DNA of 64,000 bases. It comes from Podarcis liolepis (taxonomy: Eukaryota). The stretch lies in the NCBI GenBank assembly GCA_965112155.1, contig OZ218114.1. One strand, 5' to 3'. This document shows, piece after piece, positions 1 to 22,546 of the stretch. Within the stretch, counting starts at the first letter, position 1; every line of letters begins with the position of its first letter. The notes under the pieces were generated by a model that worked only from the letters and a program-made list of their open reading frames with translations, was not told where the DNA came from and ran no database searches. The position numbers and the translations under genes are program-made.

Positions 1-1458
1 TACTAATCGTAACAAAGTTATTTTTGAAGGAGAAAGGTGCACAAGCAATTTTCATAGCCAATCAATTATATACTGGATTGTATCAGTAACCCAGTTTGCA
101 GTCTGAAACGTGGGAATCATAGTAAGTTGGTGGCAGTTTACAGCAGTCAAAGCAAAACTGGCTGTTTTCAGAGTCACCTTGTTTATACTATTTGCAAGTA
201 CATTCCAGTTTTCTTCCAATTAAGGAAACAGTGGAGCATATTTTTCATAGTTGTCATACACATACCCCAAACAACTCCTCTGCTCACCTCTTCCTTGCTA
301 ATTAGGCTCCTGGGAGTGAGTCAAAAACTGACATAGTTCTAAATGTGGATATCTTTGAGTGGAATCAAATTTTATTTTTCCATGCTTGTAATGTGTGTCC
401 ATGCCTGTCCTTGGCTTCTGATACAGACATCTTTCACAGCATGCAGAATTGCTTAAGTTGTTTTCCTCTGAGATTATCCTTCAGGGGTTACATAGTTTAT
501 ATTGGAGGTGGGGAGTCTGTGGCCCTCCATATATATATTATAATAATAATATAATTTTAATCTAAACACAGAACAATCAATGCAAACAAAACAAATGACA
601 TTGGTCAACAGGTACAAAATAGTTTCATTACTACAGATACAAGCCCAAAATGACATCATCCTTTCAAGTCTGGTAACCTAACTAATAAACATTATGAGTT
701 ACAGCGGGTCAAGACTCCTATGGGTGAGAGTTAATAAATGAAATAAATATAAGCCAATCAGTATCAAAGGTATCCTTTTGAGTTTCTCCATACATCACTC
801 TGTTATGATGTGTGAGATTATCTGTCAAGGCTAAAAACCATATTGCATTTATTGCACTCACCAGCATTCTTCCAATTTAATAATATTTCCATTTGTGCTG
901 CCACTAAAATATGGTTTAACAAATTCTTATATGGGAGATTTTATCACAGCCTCTAAATAAGGACAGCAAAACACCCCTAGCTCCATGTCAACATTTTTAT
1001 GAAAGAGGTCAGTAAACACATTGGCCCCAAAGAGCTGCATGTACCTTTGGACATTCCCACCATAAGTGAATCAGCATGCCTGTGTTCTGGCAGCCCCACC
1101 AACATGGAGGTGACAAAGCACCATTAATAGAGTGTAGTTAAACTGAGGTCCAGTGCCATCTATGTAAGTTTCATCATAGACGCCTACATTTTAGCAGAGA
1201 TTATCTTAAATAGGAGGTGTATGCCATAAAGCCACTCATTCTCCTGGCCCTCCGGGTATTGTTGAATTCCTATCCACCCCAGCCGGCACAGACAGTGGTC
1301 AGGGATGATGGAAGTTAGAATCCAGCAACATCTGGAGAGCCACAGGGATCAACACTGCCACCTGGACAAATGGATAAGAACTGTAGCCTGGGCAGTCCTG
1401 TTAAAAGTTTGTGCCTTTCTCACTCTACATGTGTTTTGGTCTTTTATTCCTTTTCAAG

Positions 1459-4400
1459 TGTTGAACATAAGAAAGCAGTCTATGCATTCTGGTGGGAGAA
1501 CAAAGCAGACCCTAGCCTGAAGTCACGCTTCTTGGTTTCCTCTGAGGATTATGAGCTGTGAGTAGACGTTTTGCCAGTTTATGTTGCATTTTGTTTTCTA
1601 GGTTAGCTATTCCACCTCTTTGACGCAGAAGGAAGCTGCTTTATGCCAAGTCAGACCATTCATCCATCTTGTTCCACATGGGAATGATCATTAGTGGGCA
1701 ATCTGCAGCCATAGAGACACCCTTGGCCTAATTTCAACAGCCTTCATCAAATACTAAGTCCATATCACTGGCAGAAATCATCTCTGTCTCTTTGCTGATT
1801 AGCTTTTGGTCAGGTATCTCCACATGCCGCCAGCATATGGCCTCTGTCAGTTATCCCCAAGAGGGAATGTAGCCCCTTGGCCAAAGGAGAAGAATTTATT
1901 AGAGGGCCTGATGGTGGGACAGGGTTAGGTGTTGACCGTACCTGGTCGTTTCAGGGCTTTGATACTGTTCCTCCTGCACTGCTGGGGCTCCCAAAGTAAT
2001 TACTCATTCAGGCTGGAATAATTTTTCTGTAAAATCGTTTTAGATTTTCTTGTTGTTGCACCACCTGTCTTCTGTGGTAGAGGCAGCAAAAGGCCACTGC
2101 CTCAGTTCACGTTGTTGCTCCACAAACTGATAAAACTTTTGAATCTGTTTCAGCTTCAAGGCATCACTCTCCAAAGCTCTGGAAGCTTATGAGGAAAAAG
2201 AAGATGAACTCATTCAAGAGGTGAGGACAATAATGTGTTTGTGTGTGTGGGGGGGGGGGTAGGAATTTGGGTTTCTCCTCTGCTTCAGGTTCTCATTGTT
2301 TCTTCTGCCTACCCCAATTCCAGGTGGCTGCTCGCATCAGAGAGGTGGAGCAGAGACGGCAAGAAGTAGTGCAGGCTGCCTTAGAGGTTTGTGTGCCCAG
2401 GATGCACATGGGCAGTATCCATCATTACGTTCACAGCTGTTTCTGTGCCCCTTGCCTTTCTCTCTAGTTGTGCTGTTGCCCTGAAACACATGATTTCTCT
2501 TTCAACCACTAGGGAAGGTGGTGAATGTCCCCAGCAGTGACTATACAAGCAGCACATCTCATCTCTCATGTCCAGTTTAGATTTCATTTCTATGGCCTTC
2601 CTTTCCTAACCCCCTTTGTTAGCACAGAGCAGAAACGCCTGGCTGTTGTTTGTGGTCTGGGGCACCCCCACCTCTTGAATGCCCTTTCTGTGACTCCCCC
2701 CCCCCAAATGCAAAGTCCTTTACCGGCCACTATTTGCTCTATTGACAATAAAGCATTAAAATATTCCACCTAATTAGCTTCCTTTCCTTGATATGTCCAC
2801 ACCTTAAGTGTTGGTTAGGGGGCATCTGTGGCCAAAGCTTATTTGCAGACCCCCATTTCCCTCCAATGCAAGAGCATTTCTTTGCCATTATCTCTTGATG
2901 GGCATTGGTCCACCTTATTAGTAGAGATTTCATTCCAAGGTTGTCCTACAGAGCAGACTTTACTATTGTATCTTGAAACAAGTGTTTTTTCCTGAATCAA
3001 ACTCAGCAACAGGCAGAGACAGAGCTGTGCAATGGAGCTGCCACCGTCAATGTTTTTACAGGAAGCCCAAGGTAAGAGTTGTTTAGTCACGGTTATCAAT
3101 GGTGTTTGCTTTAGAGGCCTTAATGACTCCATACACCAAGGGCCCTTTCTGCCCTTTGTAATATGGCCTTTTCAACCCCCGTGCAACAAAATGTGCCCAT
3201 ATACTTTCTGCTTTACTCGAGACATTCTCCTGTGTTGTAGTGACTCTGCTTTTGCCACGGAAGAACAGCAGCAGCCTGGGCCAAGCAGAAACGTGGCATT
3301 TCTTGAAGGACACCCTGGATCTGCATACAGAACGGTGCCAGAGTCAGAGTGGCAGGAAGCAGGACAGTCTTTAACTTTTATTGGCCATCAGGTAGGCAGA
3401 TGGGAGCCCACTTCATCTCTTCACAATGGCCCATTTGTCCTCGAAAGCCTTTTAGTTTGGGGTTCTGGATGAATATAGCTAACGAGGGTATAATTACACT
3501 TTATTCTTATGGTGGCACGGATTTTATTGTGTTAAATGGTTGGGTAATACTGAGATAGTTTAAAGAAAATGATTGTAGTCTATCTGGTTGAAGATTTTCT
3601 TTAGAAAGCAGAATATAAATCTCTTGAATAAAAAAAAATCCGCTGCAGGTGCCTTGTACTGCCATGAATGGCTTCTGACTTGAGTGGCAGAGCTCCTACA
3701 CCAGTGGCAGACCAGCGAACAGTTTGGTGGTCCTTAACCTTTATTGCACATAATAGGATATGCCCCATTCCCAGCTTGATATAAGATTTGGCTGGCACCT
3801 TCATTTTACCTTTAGGCAACAGTCGAACATGTTCTTCAGTCAGGCCTCTGGCTGATTATTATCCTATTCCCTTTTAAATGTGTTTGTGGGAGAGGGGTTT
3901 ATTGGTTTGTTTTTTGTTTTTATCTTGCATTTTGTGTTTTTATCTTGTATTTTTATGTTGTGAACCACCGAGATCTATGGATGTAGGGTGGTATACAAAT
4001 TTAATAAATTTGTGAACATGGGGAATTGGAATCGGGAGTTAATTACCTTTAAAAGCTGCACTGTATAATTAAATGCAACTCTTGCTCCTTCTTTGCAGCA
4101 ATGGGAGCTGCCTCTTTACATACTTCCTCTTCTCTAAATCATTTCTACCTTGGTTTTCCCTTTGCTTTTTTTGAACACAGGAACCAGCAGAGCACGGCAA
4201 CATTTACACAGGTATGCTAGCAAAGATTTGATTGCTCCACTTTCTGAAACATGATTTTGACCTGTCTTATGATGAGGTTTTAATAAACTCTGGTCTTACA
4301 TGAGAAAGATCCTAACTGTGGTTGCAAATAGAGAATGCCCAAAAACCACACACAGATTCTTAAGAATAGCCACGTTACCAGAAACATAGGAAGCTGCCTT

Positions 4401-6116
4401 ACACAGACCACTTGTCCATCTAGCCCAACATAGTTGACGCTGTTACTAACAGTGGCTCTCTGAGGTTCCAGAATCTTTCCCAGCCCTACCTGTAGACACC
4501 AGGGTTTGCACCTTGTACCTTTTGCATGTAAAGCATGTGCTCTGCCACGGAGGTTTCAACCCTTGTTCAGAAAGGTAAAAAATATTAAAGACACCTTATT
4601 GCATTAGCTGAAAAGATAATGGCCCCAGAGATGGGGAGGCTGCGATTTGACACAGAGGTAAGAAGAATGGGGCTGCTTTAACTTCTCATTCTTCTATACT
4701 TTAGGGGCCAAACCCCCTTGGCTGATGGAGGAGGAAGGGGAAAGCACACCACAGATTGGACCTTCTTACGAAGAATTTCTCAAGGAAAGTGAGTATGCAG
4801 AAATTTGGCCCTGTAGCCGGGACTCTTTATTATGACACCAGCTGACTTGCTGGAAATCAAAGTGAGACTAGGACTCCAATTCAAGACTTGAAAACGATTT
4901 CTTTCCCTACCCTCCTTTCTTTAAAGAGGAGAAACAGAAGCTGAAGAAGCTCCCACCTAATCGTGTTGGTGCCAACTTCGATCACACCTCTCAGACAGGA
5001 GAAGGGTGGCTCCCCTCCTTTGGGCGGGTTTGGAACCATGGCAGGAGGTGGCAGTCCAGGTAAGCCTCTATGCACACATTTGCTTCCTTTATAATGTATT
5101 TGTATTTGACAGTGGACAATACAGCAGCTTTTACAGGGTAGGCTCTGTAGCATCTTGGGCTTTTACAAAGAAAACCAGATGTGGTGGATCTTTGGTTGAA
5201 TCCTACCAGGCACTTTAGCACATACTAGTTGAGTCTTCGACCCCAGCATTTTGAACATACACTGGCTTTGTAAAATTAACGCTTTCTGATTGGCCACAGA
5301 AACTTTAGTTTCATCTTTAAGTAGAGTACTTGTTACTGAAGTTATCTGTCCTGGTATATTATTATTATTATTATTATTATTATTTAACTGACCTGGGTGA
5401 CTTCCCTTCACTTTCATTAATTGAAAAAATGGCAAGAAGTGCCTTTTATTAGCTATGGCTGTTTCTAAATATAGCCTGCCCAGTGCTGCATGCTCAGATA
5501 ACCTGGAGTCTTGATTACTATAATCTGTTTCCATAGAACTACCTTTGAATAATGGTCCAGAAAATTTAGCTCGGTTTTTTTTCTGGACCTATGCAGCAAC
5601 AACTATTCTGCAAGATCTGCACAGGCTGCCAATACGTTACCGTGCCCAATTTAAGGTTTCATTATTGATACGTAGAGCCTTAAGTCCCTGATGGTGTACA
5701 TTTCTCTTTATCACCTGCCCTGAGATCAGGGTAGAGGATTTCTTGCTGAACAGTGATAGAGCCTTCCCTGTATCCTATTAGAATTCCCCCCTTTGCAAAT
5801 GTCAATTGCCTCTACTTTGTCTTTCAAGGCCAGGTCAAAACACACCTGCTTATCCAGGCCTTTGGTGAATTTGATCTAACACTTTGAAAAATATATGGTA
5901 TGGGAGTTTATTCTCCCCCTGCCCCCCCCCAATTAAAATGATAATTGGCAATACACTCATTTGTAAGGGAATGAACAGGGTGGCTCTGCAACTGATGTGG
6001 TGGTTGGTTCATTCTTTTAAGCTTCTTTTATTAACCATACTTTTTCTAGACATCAGTTCAAATCTGAAGCACAGAAACATCCTGGCCCTAAAAGGAAACG
6101 GCAACAAACTGACTGA
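1459..6116 (+). CDS. CENATAC: CENATAC/CCDC84, minor-spliceosome (AT-AN intron) factor; 5'-truncated, first exons lie upstream of the window
   Basis: Exons 1459-1557, 2154-2220, 2324-2386, 3007-3071, 3241-3391, 4181-4211, 4705-4788, 4927-5059, 6050-6116 (TGA), all GT-AG and phase-compatible. Peptides [113 protein letters not shown] match CCDC84. AATAAA at 6243-6248. Confidence 0.93.
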
Positions 6117-7159
6117 AGGGAAGAAAGGCCTGATTCAATTATAGAAGGTTGTGCAGCCTGAGAAGAGGCCAGATGAAGACTTTTCTTTTTGAACATTCTG
6201 TATGTCAGCAAGTATCATGTGGTTATTCTGTAGTAAAGTATCAATAAATATAAAACGTGTTTTAAAATTCTACTCATCTCAACTCATCTATCTTAAACAG
6301 AGAGCTCCTCTAAGGCAGTTATTGTAAAAGTTGGGAACATGTTCTTATCCCTGGCTGTTCTGAGGGCTTATTCTCCCCTTTTTTTTTTTAATTAAAAGGC
6401 ACTAGCTCACTTTGTGCAACAAGCCACATTTACCCCAAAGGGCTAAGCATTCCACATTCTGTTTGCACAGTATCCAGTAGGAATATGGTATAATGCAGGC
6501 CTGCTTCAATGCCAGGTCTCCATTTCCTACAAGCAGAGGATTCACTTCAACAGCTCTCAACTCCTTGATACCTTGCTGGACTGAACACCCCTTACACTGC
6601 ACAATGTCTTGGCTGCTTGAGTGGATGGTTAAGCACCACCTCTTCATCAGAACCCTCCTGCATCAGGGCCTTTAAATCTGAACAGCTGGGAGTCCTTTAT
6701 CCCTCCACTATGATCTAATAATCTATGCTGTTATAAGGAGACTAGAAGCCTGTTTATAAATAGCTCCCATGATAGCCTCATTGGCACAGTAAAAACAAAG
6801 ACTGGGTGGTAGAATCTGCATGTTTTATGTCATGGGCCCGGGACATAATTTTGAAAGTACATAGCCATGCACTTGCAGGCCAGCCTGGTATGAAAATGAG
6901 TGAAGGCTTTTCAATGACTGATTGCCTGTGGTCCCTGACTATTAGAAACAAAGCTGTACTTAACTCCACTGAGCAGAAAAGCACACAAAACTTCCGGAGT
7001 TGAAATTATTTTATTTTAGTCATTTACAGAGTCTTAAAAAACCTCCCAAGAACCTGCAAAACAAACAGATAAATTAATTAGAACCATTTGCCTGTTAAAT
7101 AACTGCCATGATAGAATTCCACCAAGCCATACTGCCAGCACTGAGAAGTAGCTCACCTT

Positions 7160-9056
<1,897 letters not shown>

Positions 9057-9237
9057 GGTGCTGTCGGAGCGGCTACGGTCGCTGCTTCTCCCTCAGCGAT
9101 TTCCGGCCAGAAAGGAAGGCGCCTGTGTGGGCAGGCCGGGAAACCCCGTAGCCGAAGGTCCCTTCCGGGGCGGCACCGGAAGAGATGCTCAGGCGGGGAG
9201 CTGGGCGGGAGAGGCGTGACGTCAGACGGAAGCCGCG
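9057..9237. promoter_or_regulatory. Compact CpG-island bidirectional promoter shared by RPS25 and TRAPPC4
   Basis: Start codons are about 180 bp apart, head to head. Perfect CRE TGACGTCA at 9217-9224, several CCGGAA/TTCCGG ETS sites and GC boxes. Confidence 0.85.
9109..9118 (-). promoter_or_regulatory. 5'TOP/TCT-type start motif of RPS25
   Basis: Minus strand CTTCCTTTCT about 55 nt upstream of the ATG, the typical ribosomal-protein pyrimidine initiator. Confidence 0.75.
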
Positions 9238-11414
9238 ATGGCCATCTTCAGCGTGTATGTGGTGAACAAGGCCGGAGGGCTCATCTACCAGCTGGACCAC
9301 TACGCGCCGAGGGCCGAGACCGAGAAGACCTTCAGCTTCCCGCTCGAGCTGGTGCTGCGCCCGCACGACGAGCATGTCCTCGTCTCCTTCGGGCAGCGCG
9401 ACGGCATCCGCGGTGAGGGGCGGGAAGCAGCCGCCAAAGGAGCGGCCCCGGGAGCTGGGCCCTTTCGACACAGGCGGCGCCCGAGGGGGACGAGCGGAGC
9501 CCCCCCCCCATTTCGTTAACACGCGCTGTATTCCCCCACCCCCATAAGTATACTTTCCCCACTCTGCCTCCCCCCCACACCCAATTTTTTATTTCTCTGT
9601 AGTGGCACCCGCCCTGTGGAACGCCCTCCCACCAGATGTCAAAGAGAAAAATAACTACCAAACTTTTAGAAGACATCTGAAGGCAGCCCTGTTTAGGGAA
9701 GCTTTGAATGTTTAATAGGTTATTGTATTTTAGTGTTTGGTTGGAAGCCGCCCAGAGTGGCTGGGGAAACCCAGCCAGATGGGCGGGGTATAAAAAATTG
9801 TTATTATTATTAATATTAATTATTTTCTGGTGCCTCCGCTGCCTTTGTACATTGAAGGGGAGACGGAACTCATGACAGCTGCTCCTTGAGCTGAAAAAGC
9901 TTTGGTGGCAGCGCACACCTGAACCTTGTCCACTTTATTAGGCTCCTCTGGCAAAGGGTGGCTCACAAGGGATCAGGGAATTGGGCTTTTTGCGGCAGGG
10001 TGAGGGAACAACTGGGTCCCACCAGCGACTCTCTCCGACCCCCCGACCCCCTTACTATTAGGCAGGGTACGGTGGCTGCCTCCAGCAGCTGGTTTTGATG
10101 GCCATTGATAATTTATTATCAATACAGTGGTACCTCGGGTTACATACGCTTCAGGTTACAGACTCCGCTAACCCAGAAATAGTACCTCGGGTTAAGAACT
10201 TTGCTTCAGGATGAGAACAGAAATTGCACGGTGGTGGCGCGGCAGCAGCAGGAGGCCCCATTAGCTAAAGTGGTGCTTCAGGTTAAGAACAGACCTCCAG
10301 AGTGAATTTAAGTACGTAACCAGAGATACCACTGTACATTTATGCTTCTGAGGGTTTTTAGCCTCATGTGTGACATAGTAAAATGTTTTGACCAGCTCCC
10401 AAAGGTTTTATTTATTTGCTTGTTTGTTTATTTAGCACACCACCTTAAATCCAAAGATCTCAGGGTGGCTCAGAGATGTTCACTGGCTAAGCTTTGCCTA
10501 CCTAATATAGGGATCCCAAGCTAAACCTGGTCAGACCCAACACCCACCACCCATCTCAGGTTATGTCACTGGCAAATTCTGCTCCAGAAAATGACATTGT
10601 ATACATTGTATACTGGAGCTGCTCTTGCTCCTTTACTCCACTGATTGGCAGAGCTCCCACAGGTGAGGGAGACAGGGGAGGTACTGATGCAGGAAGGCTT
10701 GCCAGTGCCGGGTGAGAGGGGGTATTGAATGGTGACTGCCTCTTCCCTTCTTTGCAGTGGGCCATGCTGTGCTTGCCATCAACGGCATTGATGTAAACGG
10801 AAGGTACACTGGTGACGGCAGGGATGTGCTGGAGTTCCTGGGCAACCCAGCCAACTACCCAGTGTCAATCCGCTTTGGTCGCCCCCGGCTGTCATCCAAT
10901 GAGAAGCTCATGCTGGCCTCCATGTTCCACTCGTGAGTCAGGGGTGGATGAGATGTTTTCCAGAACCCAGAAAGGGAGAGGGGTTGACTGGATTTGATAT
11001 AGGGAAGGCACTTCATCAATTGGTACAATTTGGGGCTCTGTTTTATGCGCAGGTTGTTTGCGATTGGGTCCCAACTGTCTCCCGAGCAGGGGAGCTCTGG
11101 AATCGAGATGCTAGAGACCGATACTTTCAAGCTACACTGTTTTCAGACTCTAACAGGTATTGCTTCTTTTATAATATCTGCATTTCTTGACCTTTAGTTA
11201 GTATGGACAGCGGACCCCACTTGAGCAAGTAAAGTTCTGCAGCTACATTCAGTGAGGATGTTCCTAGAAGTGCTACTCTTTGTGGAGAAGTGATAAAAGA
11301 CAAATGTTTAATAACTATTATGTATACTTCATTATACAAAAATCACAAGTGGTTTACAAAAAAATAAAATGTTTCTTCCGTTTAATCTAATAATAGTCTC
11401 TCCCCAGGGAGTTG

Positions 11415-11462
<48 letters not shown>

Positions 11463-12965
11463 CTAGTGTTCTTATAATTTTATTTTGTAATTTTATGTTG
11501 TGAACTGCTGTTCATTTTCAAGGTGAAGAGCATTATACAAATGTAATTATTATTAATAATAATAATAAGTAGTAGTAGAAGTAGCTTATAAAAAGCAACA
11601 AAAAAACTCCCAATCAGTTAAGTTACCTAAAAATAAAAGTGTGTATCACAAAATAGAATTAAAATTGTAAGAGTCAGGAGTCCAATGAAGCTTGGGTAAA
11701 CAAATGTTTTAAGAGGCAGTTAAATATCATTACTGTCTCCACAAATTTCCCAAGGTAAGGCATTGCAAAAGGTGGGAGTCATCACTGAGGCCTGTTTCCG
11801 CATTACCAAGTGGCAATCCAGTGATGGAACGACTTGCAGGGTGTCCTTGGGAGCTTGCTAGCTATCCTGGTCCTAAGTTGTGTAGGGCTTTAAAACCAAC
11901 AATACCTTGGTAGCTAATAGGCAACTTTCTCCTCCTTTGCTGTTCCATCTGCCTGGTTCCTGGCATTTGATATCTGCCTTTGCCTTGCAGGGCCTTTATT
12001 GAGGAAGAATGACAAGGAATGAACCTTTTTGTGCATTTTAAAATCACTCAGGCCAGTTGTATGTGTTGCTTTGGATGTGGCTTGCTCTAACTCTGTTTTT
12101 CATATCCTCAGGGATAAAATTTGTGGTGCTTGCTGATCCACGGCAGTCTGGGATAGATTCCCTTCTGCGCAAGATTTATGAGATTTATTCAGACTTTGCT
12201 CTGAAAAATCCTTTCTACTCTTTGGAGATGCCAATCAGGTAGAGATCAAATGCACATTCTCACACTAAAACAAACCCTCCCTTACTAAAATTGATTCCCC
12301 CCACCATATGTTTAGAAGTCAATCTACATGAGTATTAAGAGAGAAAAACCCTCCTGGCTCCTGAACCCCTCAGTTTATTCCCTGGGATGCTGGCAAATCC
12401 CATGAACAACTGTGGAATGTGATCACAATAGGTAGTGTCACATTAGATAGTGTATGAGGCCTAGTAAGTCTGCATGGCTCTAGTTTCTTACATGCCCTCA
12501 CACTGAGACATGTTACTCAACACTTCATGCCTGGGGGGCATTTTCCACAGTGCCAGTGTTGATTCAAGAAGTTAAGCTTATCAAGGAGAGCAAACAGAAG
12601 CATCTTCAACAGGACCTGGAAGCCTGTAAGGGCCTTCCAGCTCCCATCATCCCTGACTACGGGTCATGTTTGCTGGGACTGATGGGAGTAGAGGGTCCCC
12701 AAGGTTGATCTTCAGGCTGCATTGACATGGTATTTCATACCTTACTAATGCTGAATCACACAGTTGCACTCCGTTCAGACATTCATCCCAGACTGAGAAT
12801 AAAATGGAAAATGGGTGACTTACTGTTCTAAACCTGCTCCAGTGTGGTTATGTTCTAGTTCTCTTGTGTTTGTTTCACCATTTCAGATGTGAGCTCTTTG
12901 ATCAGAACTTGAAGCTTGCGCTGGAGGTAGCAGAGAAAGCGGGGCCTTTTGGGCCAGGATTGTAG
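9238..12965 (+). CDS. TRAPPC4: Trafficking protein particle complex subunit 4 (synbindin/Trs23), 219 aa
   Basis: Exons 9238-9412, 10758-10932, 11053-11156, 12112-12238, 12887-12965 (TAG), 660 nt total. [20 protein letters not shown]...[108 protein letters not shown] at 13268-13273. Confidence 0.97.
10125..10334. mobile_element. Tc1/mariner (Tigger-like) MITE
   Basis: Ends CAGTGGTACCTCGGGTTAC ... GTAACCAGAGATACCACTG, flanked by TA on both sides; no coding capacity. Confidence 0.85.
11418..11461. repeat. (ATT)n microsatellite
   Basis: About 14 tandem TTA units in TRAPPC4 intron 3. Confidence 0.9.
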
Positions 12966-14572
12966 GGTGGATTTATCCCACTTCAGTCACCCAGTGGACT
13001 AAACAACTAAAATATGAGTCAGACAGCTGACCAACCATCTGTTCGTAGCCACCTTGACTGCAATTCCAGAGCACAGAACAGGGAGTATTGCTGTTGAGTG
13101 GATGTGGTTGGTGCTGAATCTTGGCTGCTGCTGAAGGAAGCTGGCTGGCAGCTTGAAAGGAAACATGAGAGCTACACCATTCCTTCAAGAGTGGTGCATG
13201 TACACATATGTCTGCTGCAATGTATTCTTTTAATTTATAACTGAAGCACTGTATGTTTGCAAATGTAAATAAAGCATTCCTTAAAGGAAGAGGAAGGACT
13301 TGATTCTTGAGCTGGGAATGAATTATCTGGCGTTCAGCATCCAGGGAGGGTAAGAGCCTGCACCAAATTGCAAATCTCTATGGGCTTCTGCCTAGTGGAG
13401 TAATACTATTTAGGAAGAGGCCTCTGCACAGGAACATAGGTTAATTCTACTTTATTGTCTTTATTGCTGTCAGTGTACACTCCATAACAATGAACAAGAT
13501 CTGGAATCCAGTTTCACATAGAACTGTCCATTTTTAGTCTGCATTATCAGCTCCTCATGGCAATTATAGTTAGAGGCCCCTAAAATGTCTGCAGAAGTGT
13601 CCAGGGAAGTTCTGATCAGTGCAAACCGCAAAATGCTACATTCCTCATTATCATGTATCTATTTACATCAGTCTGAGGGCTGCATTCCCTTGCTGGCAAC
13701 ATGCCAGTAGAAGACAGGGTCAGAGGCAAAAGCAGGAGGATAACTCATGTAAATTTTACCTTTGTACAGCAGACTAGGTTCTACACACACACATCCCCTT
13801 CTCTCTTCCATCCATGTAAGGAAGAAGCATTATAAGAGTTCAAGAACACATTCTGGAAAATGAAAACAATGTAGGGATGGTGTCTGGGGAAGAATCCAGA
13901 GGACCAGATGAAAGAGTCTTGGGCACATTTGGGCCCAGTTCTGAGGTTTGCATGTCTATATGCTTAGTAAGGTACACATGCCCGTCCATCCTTGCCTAGC
14001 TACAGCCCCAAATACTAAGATTAAGGAATGAAGCCTTCCCTCTTGTGAATGTCTCCAATTCAATTACACCCCAATGTACCACAGACTGTTTGAGGAGAGA
14101 GTTCTCCGAATTAACTGAATGTTGGAAGGTGAAGAAATCAAGGGGATAATTAAGCACAAATACACAAGAGAAGTGTTCTGTAGGTGATGGAGGTAGAAAA
14201 GTGACACCTCCCTCTCCAGGCAGTAAAAATGAGTCCTTACGCTGCTTGCTTACAAAACATTTGGAAGAAGTGCAGGCTGCCAGTGAGATCATCAGGAGGC
14301 TAATACAGGTGGAGCTGCCAAATCTTGCCTTTGCCAGGGAGAAGCAGAATAGGGTTTGGTCCATTAGGTCCAAACCATTCTGGCCGTTCCCATTTTAAGG
14401 AACAAAAATAGGTGGCAGCAAAGTGATTTTTTTAAAAACAGAAAACTTTACCCTGGTCCAGGATACACTGTCAAAGCTTAATTCTGCCTTGATCTAATAG
14501 TTGTTGGAGTACTTTTTAAAAACCCATGGTTGCAGTGGGAGGCTCCTCCAACAGCCAAGCTACTGCACTGCT

Positions 14573-21672
<7,100 letters not shown>

Positions 21673-21899
21673 TGCGATTTCAGAGCTGTGCCTCTAAGGA
21701 CGGAGAGAAGGTGCCTGTAGCAGTTCTGACTTTAGATCCCAGTTTACAGTAAATGTGAGAAGAGGGGTGGCGGCACCAATGTGCTAGAAAGAAGAGAGAG
21801 AGGCAGGGAAGCAGCAGCTGTCAGAGCACTTGAGCGGCAGGCGCTTGCCAGGGTTTCTGCTGAGCCCGGAGGTTTGCTGGAGTTCGCTGTTGCTCTCTT

Positions 21900-21970
21900 T
21901 TCTGCTCACGGCCACCTTCTGGAGAATAATTAACTCCGGGAACATGGCTGGACACACTGTTCAGTATAAA
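21900..21970 (-). promoter_or_regulatory. Putative proximal liver/kidney promoter of SLC37A4 (HNF1 site plus GRE-like element)
   Basis: GTTAATTATTCTC (21934-21922, minus) fits HNF1 GTTAATNATTAAC. TGGACAcacTGTTCA (21949-21963) fits a GRE. Both lie about 250-290 bp upstream of the ATG. Confidence 0.6.
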
Positions 21971-22354
21971 TCCATCCACCTACAGTGAAACAAACAAGAG
22001 ACGCTAGCCTGGGATAAACAGAGCTGTCTTCCGAGTAGAAAGATTAACAAGGGTTTCCTCACTCCCACTACACTCTGACCCCTGAACTCAAATAGCACGA
22101 TGGAGTAAAGGGGGGGGGGAATCAATGCCTTCCTCAATCAGGTCTACAACATAATCTTTGATAGGAACTAAGTCCTGCTGCAGAAGCAAGCTGCCTATGG
22201 GCTGGGCTGTCTACCTAGCACTACCCTTCCTAGGAAAAGAGTCTTGCTCCCAAAAGAAGGTGCAAAGGTGTAGAGACATTATCCTGCAGTCGCAGACACT
22301 GATGGATTGCTCTGTCAAAATCAGTAAGGCAAGAAGGCTGTCTCTTGTATCAGC

Positions 22355-22546
22355 AGGAACATAGGCAGCTGCCTTACAGAGTCAGATCATGGGTCCATCT
22401 AGCTCAGTATTGACAACACAGACAGGCAGCAAGAATCTCTCTAGGTTTTGGCAGGGGGTATCTCCCAGCCCTACCTCAGGCTGCTGTGGGTTGAACCTGG
22501 GACTTTTTGAATGCAAGACAGAGGCTCTACCACTGAGTGATGGCCC
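22355..22546 (-). mobile_element. tRNA-derived SINE with LINE-like tail
   Basis: Minus-strand head GGGCCATCACTCAGTGGTAGAG...CCAGGTTCAACCC (A and B boxes), tail ...TAAGGCAGCTGCCTATGTTCCT. Related decayed copies at about 4380-4550, 47590-47650, 43050-43180 and 61250-61335. Confidence 0.7.
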
